A DNA stretch of 32,000 bases from Candidatus Nanohalobium constans (GTDB lineage: Archaea; Nanohalarchaeota; Nanosalinia; Nanosalinales; Nanosalinaceae): NCBI RefSeq assembly GCF_009617975.1, contig NZ_CP040089.1, positions 30,001-62,000 of the forward strand. Reading direction: 5' to 3'. The notes beneath the pieces are model-generated. The model saw only the letters and a program-made list of their open reading frames with translations, was not told the DNA's origin and did no database searches. Positions 16,701 to 23,756 of this stretch are shown one piece after another (positions within the stretch are counted from its first letter, which is position 1; each line of letters starts with the position of its first letter). The position numbers and the translations under genes are program-made.

Positions 16701-17622
16701 AATAGAAATTAAGCAGATAGAAAAACCGGAAAAAGTCTATGACTTATCTGTTAAAGACACTGAGAAATTTGTAACAGCCGAAGGACTAGTCCTGCATAAT
16801 TCATTCTACGGTTATCTTGGATATAACGGCGCTAGATGGTACTCAAGAGAGGCTGCGGAAGCCACAACATATCTAGGCAGAAAACATATACAGGAGACTA
16901 TTGAGGAAGCGGAAGAACGCGGCTATGAAGTTGTCTACGGGGATACAGATTCGGTCTTCCTTAAGAAGGAGAATATTCGGGAGAACATGGATGAGTTCTT
17001 GGATGATGTGAATGAAAATCTACCGGAGTTTATGCAGTTGGAGTTTGAGGGCTTCTTTGAACGAGGCTTCTTTACCTCTACTGATTCTGGTGAGGGGGCA
17101 AAGAAGAAGTATGCTCTTCTCTCTGAAGATGGTTCGATGAAGATCACTGGTTTTGAGCAGGTTAGAAGGGACTGGAGTCCTATTGCTAAGGAGACTCAGA
17201 AGAAGGTTTTGAGAAAGGTGTTGAATGAGGAGGTTGAGGAAGCGGCTCAACTGGTGAAGGATACTATTCAGCGTTTGAAGGAGGGTGAGGTTCCGCCTGA
17301 GGAGTTGAGGATTTACACTACTTTGACTAAGCCACCTGAGGAGTATGATTCGACTGCTCCGCATGTGGAAGCGGTGAAGAAAGCTAAGGAGCGTGGTGAT
17401 AGCATTGAGGCTGAAACTACTATTAGTTATGTAGTTACTCGTGGTCCTGGTAATATTTCTAGCCGGGCTGAGCTTACTAAGTATGCTGAGGACTATGATG
17501 CTGAGTATTATATTGAGAATCAGATTATCCCGGTTTCTCTCAGAGTATTGAAGGTATTCGGTTATACTGAGGGACAGTTGCTGGGTAAGGGCAGGCAGAG
17601 CGGTCTTGGAAGGTTCAACTAG
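13711..17622 (+). CDS. polB: Family B DNA polymerase (PolB) precursor containing one intein
   Basis: GTG start. Exo I FDLEVYED; motif A DFKSLYPTVMVAHN; motif B KVLAN/SFYGYLGY, split by the intein; motif C YGDTDSVF; KKKYA. The mature extein would be 813 aa. Confidence 0.95.
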   Translation: MKTKLQITDADYQIEEGEVTVRCFGKTENGENILYKDRQFLPYIYVVPAEDADIEELKEKVETGEWEEEDEELPVRKVEKQHLSDLDQEKEVLKAYSNIPANIPKLKNKFWDLPEVEECREFDIPFYRRYLIDKGIRPVSWIEVEGEEVEEDGFDLAVEAEQINILEEKPMEKNSADGNENDLDWKTVAFDLEVYEDQIIMASFYGNDFRKLLTTEEIDRDYVETVGSERELIERFVEIVNQRDVEILTGYNTDEFDFDVLRERSNEYNITLSLGQAGERMKFNRRGRFKGARLKGKMHLDLYPFVEHVISPGLDSETLDLDSVAEELLGENKDDFSWEEMKEAWSNKENLEKFADYALRDSEVAFKLAEELVPQMLELSRITGLIPFDACRLTYGQLTENYLLREAHERDMLALNRPSQDKRRKRQRQGAYSGGFVYTPEAGLYENLALFDFKSLYPTVMVAHNISPDTLNLEDCNDRLELEEFDYDFCQDEQGFFPELVEELVQDRSEIKEEMKKTGGDSQDYQALDNRQQAEKVLANSVGPETHLILRNPNSQIIVESIEDFYNSLNSDEKVVGESEVKEVEKWEVLSVEGDKAAFKPVYAASCHEPIDAYQVRTRMGEVTVTGDHSLISMSGESSNRIRDSNFEGLDEVKGSEITKDDVIAQVNDLRLNESEQKVTVPEILKDCPEDFYLYVPKSENLDKRNWYERRVRLIEAIDEGMLSSDINSSDDFGNKILANARNEGLVKKTQIVGSRGNSYECEVTEKGKEYRKFFDTFQKSEKNAKHYLVPLEELDELPPREILEKSYVANKSGRARNKIPAVIELDEDFASLLGWFVAEGHFRKDGTDTSSYTDSAIASDEPQQRKEVQRLFKEVFNYDASVNGRQVSCCTSTIARLLAELCGDKAETKRVPKPIFNCEKSVREAFLKSYSLGDGDEDGRRFSTISKQLQSGLSTLLKEQDTILHNGYDTETYRVSKRTKTQGQKIVSGDLYGQTPIEIKQIEKPEKVYDLSVKDTEKFVTAEGLVLHNSFYGYLGYNGARWYSREAAEATTYLGRKHIQETIEEAEERGYEVVYGDTDSVFLKKENIRENMDEFLDDVNENLPEFMQLEFEGFFERGFFTSTDSGEGAKKKYALLSEDGSMKITGFEQVRRDWSPIAKETQKKVLRKVLNEEVEEAAQLVKDTIQRLKEGEVPPEELRIYTTLTKPPEEYDSTAPHVEAVKKAKERGDSIEAETTISYVVTRGPGNISSRAELTKYAEDYDAEYYIENQIIPVSLRVLKVFGYTEGQLLGKGRQSGLGRFN
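15331..16800 (+). mobile_element. 490-aa intein with LAGLIDADG homing endonuclease, inserted in PolB motif B (pol-b site)
   Basis: In-frame insert between KVLAN and SFYGY. Ser1 (SVGPETHLIL), block B GEVTVTGDHSLIS, LAGLIDADG motifs LLGWFVAEGH and FLKSYSLGDGD, block F VYDLSVKDTEKFV, and the C-terminal LVLHN followed by Ser+1. Confidence 0.9.
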
Positions 17623-17659
17623 ACAGGAGTTATAAGTCAAAAGTCCTTCAAGTGTAGCT

Positions 17660-18904
17660 GTGGTACTCGGTTTTACATCGACACTACCGGTCACATTAAT
17701 TGGGATAGCATCTATAGTGTTCTTAGTTTATGCTGCAGAGATTGTTGTATCTAGGATGCAGAGAGTGGCTAAGTATTATGGTGTTTCTGAAGTCGTTATC
17801 GCGATGACAATAGTCTCTATAGGTACTTCGCTACCTGAGTTATCGCTGCATCTTGTAGGGTCAGTAAATATACTTTTATCTGATGGAAATTTGTTTCCTT
17901 ATATCTTCAGTCAGCCTATTTCATTTTTGCTTGATGGTTTCCAAGTTGTTCTTTCAAGTCCTGAATCTGTCAAGGGCTTTCAGGATGTCTCTGCTACAGT
18001 ACTCGGCTCTAATATTGGTAGTGATGTTGTTCAACAGACACTGGTGCTTGGACTGGTTATTTTCTCTTCAGCTCTTCTAGCTGACAAGCATAGCTTTAAT
18101 TTTTCCAGAAAATTCCTGATAAGGGATTACGCCCCGATGATGGGCACTACTCTGATGACACTGATTTTAGCTTTGAACTGGCCTAACATAATCAACTTCC
18201 TATTTAATGGAGGGCAACTTGCTGCAGGAGGAACACTTACTCGCCTGGACGGACTTGTCTTAGTCGGAAGCTTTGTAGCATACATATTCTACCTCTACAC
18301 AACCAGGAAGGAAGAGCTCGCCGAACAGGGAAGCTCTGATCCTTCGACCCGGCCAAGAATCGATTTCGCAGTAGGAATACTGGCGATGTTCGCAGTAATA
18401 GGATCAGCAGAAATATTCCTCGAGGTAGTTGAGATGGCTATAGCTCAAACCGGACTCTCTGGATCAATGATAGGAGTTGCCTCAGTGGGAGTAGTCTCAG
18501 CCTTCCCTGAGATGATAACAGCAATTTCAGGCCTCAGACAAGGAAGTGAGGGGATATCGCTCGGAACATTGATAGGCAGCAATATCACAAACCCGTTACT
18601 GGCTATAGGAGCAGGATCATTGATTTCAACCTATGCAGTACCAGGTCCGTTAGTCCTATGGGATCTACCAGTAGAGACAGCCACCGCAGGCATCCTGTTA
18701 ACATACATGTTCTCCAAAGATGCAATAGGAGATCACCTGGCTGTAATAGCTCGAAAGTTCGGTATGGATGGCTTGGCCGAAAGATTTGAGGCGATGGAAA
18801 ACCGTGTGATTTCAATCGCAGGAGCATTCCTGCTTATCCTACTGTACTTTGTCTACCTGTATGTAAGGTTCAAGTACTTCCAGTATGACTTCGTGGAGGC
18901 ATAA
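17660..18904 (+). CDS. Ca2+/cation antiporter (CaCA/YrbG-type sodium:calcium exchanger)
   Basis: 414-aa polytopic ORF with both alpha-repeat signatures, GTSLPEL (N-terminal half) and SAFPEM (C-terminal half). GTG start. Confidence 0.8.
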   Translation: MVLGFTSTLPVTLIGIASIVFLVYAAEIVVSRMQRVAKYYGVSEVVIAMTIVSIGTSLPELSLHLVGSVNILLSDGNLFPYIFSQPISFLLDGFQVVLSSPESVKGFQDVSATVLGSNIGSDVVQQTLVLGLVIFSSALLADKHSFNFSRKFLIRDYAPMMGTTLMTLILALNWPNIINFLFNGGQLAAGGTLTRLDGLVLVGSFVAYIFYLYTTRKEELAEQGSSDPSTRPRIDFAVGILAMFAVIGSAEIFLEVVEMAIAQTGLSGSMIGVASVGVVSAFPEMITAISGLRQGSEGISLGTLIGSNITNPLLAIGAGSLISTYAVPGPLVLWDLPVETATAGILLTYMFSKDAIGDHLAVIARKFGMDGLAERFEAMENRVISIAGAFLLILLYFVYLYVRFKYFQYDFVEA

Positions 18905-18910
18905 AAAACA

Positions 18911-19099
18911 ATGAAAATGAACCAAAAACTCGGAATAATGATTTACATAGAAGCTGCAGCATTACTATCGGTTCTAGCACTCATAGCTTACCTAGATGGT
19001 TCTCAAGTACAGAACTACAGGCTTTGGGAGGTATTCCCTGCATTGATGGCGTCTATCATCACTACTTATGGGCTTAAAGAGATGAGCCGCCTAACATAA
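18911..19099 (+). CDS. Small hydrophobic protein (two predicted TM segments)
   Basis: 62-aa ORF starting 7 nt after the antiporter stop. Hydrophobic and probably co-transcribed, with no motif support. Confidence 0.4.
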   Translation: MKMNQKLGIMIYIEAAALLSVLALIAYLDGSQVQNYRLWEVFPALMASIITTYGLKEMSRLT

Positions 19100-19126
19100 G
19101 AAGAGAGAAAGGAGAAGAAAGGAAGA

Positions 19127-19930
19127 TTATTCTGAGTTAAGCTCTTTGTCAATGGCTTGGCTTATCGAAGCGTAGCTTGAGTCCACCTGTTCACCGTTGA
19201 CGAATACTGTCGGTGTTCCTGTCACGCCGTTTGCCTGACCTTCTGTTTTATCCTGTCTTACTTCTTCTCTTGCGTCTCCATCTTCAATGCAGCTTTCGAC
19301 TTCTGTGGTGTTTACTCCTTCCTGTCCAGCCCAGTCTATGATGTTGCTTTCGACGTTGTTTATACCGATTGTCTCTTGCTGGTTGAACAGGGTGCTTTTA
19401 ACATTCCAGAAAGCCTCTTCATCTTCTCTGTAGACGCATTCCATTGCTTCGGCGCCCGGCTCAGCCCATTCGTGTATCTGTGTCAATGAATAATCCTTCC
19501 AGACGAACCTAGCTTTATCAGTATCGATATAGTTTGTTTTGAGCTTCGAAAATGTTCTCTGCTCGAAGCTGTTACATGCAGGGCACTGGAAATCACCGTA
19601 CTCTACAACAGTCACAGAAGCATTCTCACTTCCTAGAACAGGTTCTCCTTCTACAGTAATATTTGATGCGTTGTTAGGCAGAACTGCATCCGCTATTTGA
19701 GGTCCTAAAACTGCTCCTATCCCCAGTAAGACAACTATTCCTATACCTTGGAACATCTGGGTCTTTCTACGCTGTTTTACCTGTTTCTCTCTTTCTTCAA
19801 CTTCTCTTTTAGATTTTTTAGCATCATCCTTCTGATGCGAGTTAAGCTTGTCCTCATGCTCCTCTAACCAGTGAACATGAAGCTCTTCCTCACTTTCAAA
19901 GCTTTCATCACAGAAATCGCAGTCTACCAT
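19127..19930 (-). CDS. DsbA/thioredoxin-fold protein with N-terminal C2H2 zinc finger and one TM helix
   Basis: CDFCDESFESEEELHVHWLEEH fits C-x2-C-x12-H-x4-H. It is followed by a charged linker, the TM segment GIGIVVLLGIGAVLG, then the DsbA-like domain with YGDFQCPAC and a C-terminal TGTPTVFVNG cis-Pro loop. Confidence 0.8.
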   Translation of the reverse strand: MVDCDFCDESFESEEELHVHWLEEHEDKLNSHQKDDAKKSKREVEEREKQVKQRRKTQMFQGIGIVVLLGIGAVLGPQIADAVLPNNASNITVEGEPVLGSENASVTVVEYGDFQCPACNSFEQRTFSKLKTNYIDTDKARFVWKDYSLTQIHEWAEPGAEAMECVYREDEEAFWNVKSTLFNQQETIGINNVESNIIDWAGQEGVNTTEVESCIEDGDAREEVRQDKTEGQANGVTGTPTVFVNGEQVDSSYASISQAIDKELNSE

Positions 19931-19974
19931 AATATATAATCAACAAGTCTGACAACTTAAACCAGTTTCCCCAT

Positions 19975-21381
19975 TTACTGGTGGATACACTCATCCAAGG
20001 CGGCTTCACATGCTTCTGTCAGCGCCTCAGGGAATGTTGGGTGGGCGTGGATGGTGTTTGCGATGTCTTCTAGGTATGCTTGCATTTCTAGAGCCAAGGT
20101 GGCTTCAGCAATCATGTCTGAGGCTCGTGGCGCCACAATCTGAATGCCTTGAATCTTTTTGTCTCCAGAAGCCACGACTTTCACAAAGCCGGATTCGTGG
20201 TTAGTTGTCAAGGCTCTTCCTGAAGCAGACATCTTGAACTTCCCGACTTTAACCTCGTTGAACTCTTCTTCTGCTTCTTCCTGTGTCTTTCCGACTACAG
20301 CTACCTCGGGGTCGGTGTAGATGACTTTTGGGATGTACTGGTTGTCGAAAGCTGCGGGTTCTCCTGCAGCGACTGCTCCAGCAACTTTACCTTCTCTGTA
20401 GCCTTTGTGAGCGAGCATAGGCTGTCCTGCAGTATCTCCAACCACAAAGATATTGTCGTCGTCTGTTCTCATCTGTTTATCGTGTTTGACAAACCCTTCT
20501 TCTACTTCGACCTCGGTGCTCTCCAGTCCGAGTTTTTCCAGGTTAGGTTTGGCGGTTCTGCCAGCAGCTACAAGGATCTTGTCTCCTTCAATCTCAACTT
20601 TTTCACCTTTGTGATCGGCAACCAGGACTGCTTTACCGTTTCTATATTTTACTTCTTCTGCCTTGTGGTTTTCGTATATTTCGTCGTTGTAGCAGTCTGA
20701 TGTCTCCTGTATTTCATCTATTATTTCTTTTGAGAAGTTTTGGAGGACTCGGTCGCGAGCCTCAACTACTTTGACTTTGGCACCAAACTTGCAGAACTTT
20801 GTGACAGCCTCCATCCCGATATAGCCGCCTCCAACGACTACAATCTCGTCAGGAACCTCCTCCAGGTTCAAAAGCTCTTTAGATGATATTATCTTGTCTT
20901 TCTCGAACTCTAGTCCAGGAATTTCGATAGGTTTGCTTCCTGTGGCGATTACGGCGTGGTCAAACTCTATCTTTTCTGCGTTGTGTTCTTCCTCTATTCT
21001 TGCTGTGCCGGATGATTCAAACCGTGCTTCTCCAATAATATAGTTTACGCCGTTTTTCTTCAGCATTGTTTCTACTCCGGAGTCCAGTCTCTCGACAATA
21101 CTTTCCTTCCATTCCTGAATCTTATCGAAGTCTACTTCACGGTTTTCTGTGTGTATGCCGATTTCTTCCCAGTGCTGAAGGTCATTTTGGTATTTTGCAG
21201 CGTGTATTAATGCTTTTGCCGGTATGCATCCTCTGTTCAGGCATGTTCCACCTATCTCATTTTTTTCAACAAGGGTTACATCTAAGCCTTTCTGTGCTGC
21301 TCTAATGGCTGCAGCGTAACCTGCCGGTCCTCCGCCGATAACTAGGAGGTCTGTGCCTGTCGCTATATCTCCTACTACCAT
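19975..21381 (-). CDS. lpdA: Dihydrolipoyl dehydrogenase (E3)
   Basis: FAD fold VIGGGPAGY, redox disulfide GGTCLNRGCIPAK, and C-terminal HAHPTFPE. The ATG directly abuts the E2 stop. Confidence 0.95.
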   Translation of the reverse strand: MVVGDIATGTDLLVIGGGPAGYAAAIRAAQKGLDVTLVEKNEIGGTCLNRGCIPAKALIHAAKYQNDLQHWEEIGIHTENREVDFDKIQEWKESIVERLDSGVETMLKKNGVNYIIGEARFESSGTARIEEEHNAEKIEFDHAVIATGSKPIEIPGLEFEKDKIISSKELLNLEEVPDEIVVVGGGYIGMEAVTKFCKFGAKVKVVEARDRVLQNFSKEIIDEIQETSDCYNDEIYENHKAEEVKYRNGKAVLVADHKGEKVEIEGDKILVAAGRTAKPNLEKLGLESTEVEVEEGFVKHDKQMRTDDDNIFVVGDTAGQPMLAHKGYREGKVAGAVAAGEPAAFDNQYIPKVIYTDPEVAVVGKTQEEAEEEFNEVKVGKFKMSASGRALTTNHESGFVKVVASGDKKIQGIQIVAPRASDMIAEATLALEMQAYLEDIANTIHAHPTFPEALTEACEAALDECIHQ

Positions 21382-22776
21382 CTAAATCTCCACCATCATC
21401 TCCTCAGGGTTCTCAAGGTTTTCCTTAATCTCATTGATGAAACGAGCTGCTGTAGCGCCGTCGATTACTCGGTGATCATAGCTAAAGCTGAGCTTCATAG
21501 TCCTCCGGGGAACAACCTCGCCATTGAGAACCTCTGCCGTCTCTTGAATTTTTCCAATGCCTAAAATACAGGTTTGAGGCGGGTTAATTATAGGAGTAAA
21601 CTCTTCGCCGCCAATAACTCCTAGATTTGTGATAGAGAAGCTGCCGGGCGACATATCACTTCTTTCAAGGTCGCCGTTCTGAGCTTTTTCTACTGTTTCT
21701 CCCATGTCTCTGGCGAGTTCCAACAGATTTTTCTCGCCGATACTATCTATCCTGGGAACCAGAAGTCCTCGCTCGGTATCAACTGCTACATTGAAGTTAT
21801 AATTTTCTTTGACGTCTACTTCCATGTTTCCACCGTCAAAATGTGCATTTGTCCGTGGATAACTTTTCATAGCCAGTATTGACGCCTTCATAATGAATGG
21901 CATGTATGTGAGATGCGGATCAACTTCGCTATTGGCTTTCTCCCGTAGTTCAACCAGCTCGGTCATATCAACCTTTTCAACATGTGTTACATGTGGGGCA
22001 GAGAACCGAGACTCAGTCATTTTACGAGCAACATTCTTTTCGAGCCCGGAAAGTTCTTCTCCGCTTACATCTTCAGCAGTTTTCTGGATCTCTGAATCTT
22101 GCCTATCTTGGGTTTCTTCTTCCTCGGAATAGCTTAGTACATCTTCTCTAGTAATTTTTCCTCCTCTTCCTGAGCCCTTAACCTTGGAAATATCGATTCC
22201 TTTCTCTCTAGCTATTTTTCTAACTGAAGGCGTTGCCTTAACATCTTCAGGTGTTGAAACAGGTTTAGAATTGGTCTTAATCTTTTTCTCGCCTTTATTT
22301 GCTTCTTTCACCTCTTCTTGTTTGGTTTCTGAAACTCCTTCTAGATCTTCCATCCTGATTCTTCCTTCCACATCTAGTTCCTCTAGGTTGATTCCTTTCT
22401 CCTCTGCCTTTTTTCTTACCTTTGGAAGGGCAAGCACATCCGCAGTATTGTGATCTACATCAAGATCTTTTGTTTGGTCTTTCTCTGCGGTAGATGCTTC
22501 CTCGGGTTTTTGGTCTTTAGTATTTTCTTTTGGAGCCTGGCTTTTGTCCTCTTCAAGCTCCATTATGACTTCTCCGACTTCTACCTGGTCTCCTGGTTCT
22601 ACGAGAAGTTCTTTCACTGCTCCGTCTGCTGGTGCTGGTATTTCTACTACTGCTTTGTCTGTTTCTGCTTCCCCGACTACTTGGTCTTCCTCTACTTCGT
22701 CTCCTTCTTCTACTTTCCAGTCCAGGAACTTTCCTTCTGTTACTCCTTCTCCGGTGTCAGGGAATTCGAATTTAAT
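21382..22776 (-). CDS. Dihydrolipoamide acyltransferase (E2) with lipoyl domain; apparent ATT initiation
   Basis: Catalytic SFSYDHRVIDGA and two PSBD-like segments. The lipoyl domain (I)KFEFPDTGEGVTEGKFLDWKVEEGDEVEEDQVVGEAETDKAVVEIPAP lies upstream of the track ORF's first Met (22617) in the same frame. The frame opens after TAA at 22782-22780 with no ATG/GTG/TTG before the lipoyl domain. ATT at 22776-22774 sits 6 nt after a GGTGA SD. Confidence 0.8.
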   Translation of the reverse strand: MKFEFPDTGEGVTEGKFLDWKVEEGDEVEEDQVVGEAETDKAVVEIPAPADGAVKELLVEPGDQVEVGEVIMELEEDKSQAPKENTKDQKPEEASTAEKDQTKDLDVDHNTADVLALPKVRKKAEEKGINLEELDVEGRIRMEDLEGVSETKQEEVKEANKGEKKIKTNSKPVSTPEDVKATPSVRKIAREKGIDISKVKGSGRGGKITREDVLSYSEEEETQDRQDSEIQKTAEDVSGEELSGLEKNVARKMTESRFSAPHVTHVEKVDMTELVELREKANSEVDPHLTYMPFIMKASILAMKSYPRTNAHFDGGNMEVDVKENYNFNVAVDTERGLLVPRIDSIGEKNLLELARDMGETVEKAQNGDLERSDMSPGSFSITNLGVIGGEEFTPIINPPQTCILGIGKIQETAEVLNGEVVPRRTMKLSFSYDHRVIDGATAARFINEIKENLENPEEMMVEI

Positions 22777-22786
22777 TTTTTATCAC

Positions 22787-23755
22787 CTAGAACTCTAAAA
22801 CTTCTCTTATTCCGTTAACAACTTGGTCTTTGTCCGGCATGTACTCTTCTTCAAGAGTGTAAAGCGGGTAAGGTACATCCGGAGCTGTTATTCTTTCAAC
22901 AGGTGCCTCCATGTGCAGGATTGCATCTTCTTGGAGCTTTCCAGCTATGTCTCCACCCATTCCTCCGGTTTTGGAGTCTTCGTGTAGAATCGCTGCTCTA
23001 CCTGTTTTCTCGATGGATTCAACTATTTCATCGTAGTCGTTTGGCTGGATTGTTCTTACATCGATTATTTCAATATCTGCGTCGACTTCCTCAGCTGCTT
23101 CTTCTGCCAATGGGATCATTGCACCCCAGCTGATCAATGTCAGGTCGTTTCCTTCCTGTGCTATCCTGCAGTCGTTCAGTTCAACTTTTTTGTCTCTGTC
23201 AACTTCTTCCTTGAATGCTCTGTAGGTCTTCTTAGGTTCAAGGAACATTACTGGGTCTTCTTTCTGGATAGATTTTCTCAGTAGGCTGTATGCATCCTGA
23301 GGTGTGCTTGGAATAACTGTGTGGATTCCTTTGCTGTGTGCAAAGAATGTCTCTGGGCTTTCCTGGTGGTGCTCCAGTGCATTGATCCCGCCGCCATAAG
23401 GCGCTCTGACAGTAATTGGCGAAGTGTAGTCACCTCTGCTTCTCATCCGGAACCTTGCGGCGTGTTCCTTGATCTGGTGGAATGCCAAGTAAGAGAAGCC
23501 TGAGAACTGCATCTCCACAACAGGGTTGAAGCCATATAGACTCATGCCTATAGCTGTACCGGCGATTCCGGATTCAGCGAGCGGGCTGGAGAAACATCTT
23601 TCCTCTCCAAACTCTTCCTGAAGCTCTTTCGTAGCTCGGAAAACCCCGCCATCTTCTCCAACATCCTCTCCGTATACAATTACATCCTCGTTTTCTTCCA
23701 TCTCGTCGTGCAGAGCTGCATTAATCGCTTCTACAATATTCATTTTTTCTGTCAT
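22787..23755 (-). CDS. 2-oxoacid dehydrogenase E1 component beta subunit
   Basis: The N-terminus MTEKMNIVEAINAALHDEM and transketolase-like pyrimidine-binding and C-terminal regions are typical of E1-beta. The ATG at 23755 lies 1 nt after the E1-alpha stop, so the track's upstream 14 codons overlap E1-alpha. Confidence 0.9.
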   Translation of the reverse strand: MTEKMNIVEAINAALHDEMEENEDVIVYGEDVGEDGGVFRATKELQEEFGEERCFSSPLAESGIAGTAIGMSLYGFNPVVEMQFSGFSYLAFHQIKEHAARFRMRSRGDYTSPITVRAPYGGGINALEHHQESPETFFAHSKGIHTVIPSTPQDAYSLLRKSIQKEDPVMFLEPKKTYRAFKEEVDRDKKVELNDCRIAQEGNDLTLISWGAMIPLAEEAAEEVDADIEIIDVRTIQPNDYDEIVESIEKTGRAAILHEDSKTGGMGGDIAGKLQEDAILHMEAPVERITAPDVPYPLYTLEEEYMPDKDQVVNGIREVLEF

Positions 23756-23756
23756 C

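Noticed and set aside
22450-22818. Plus-strand ORFs of 122 aa and 84 aa (22544..22798) spanning the E2 N-terminus and the E1b/E2 junction.
   Set aside because: They are antisense to the lipoyl-domain coding sequence, which has an unmistakable translation on the minus strand. The plus-strand products are Cys/Phe/Ser-rich nonsense.
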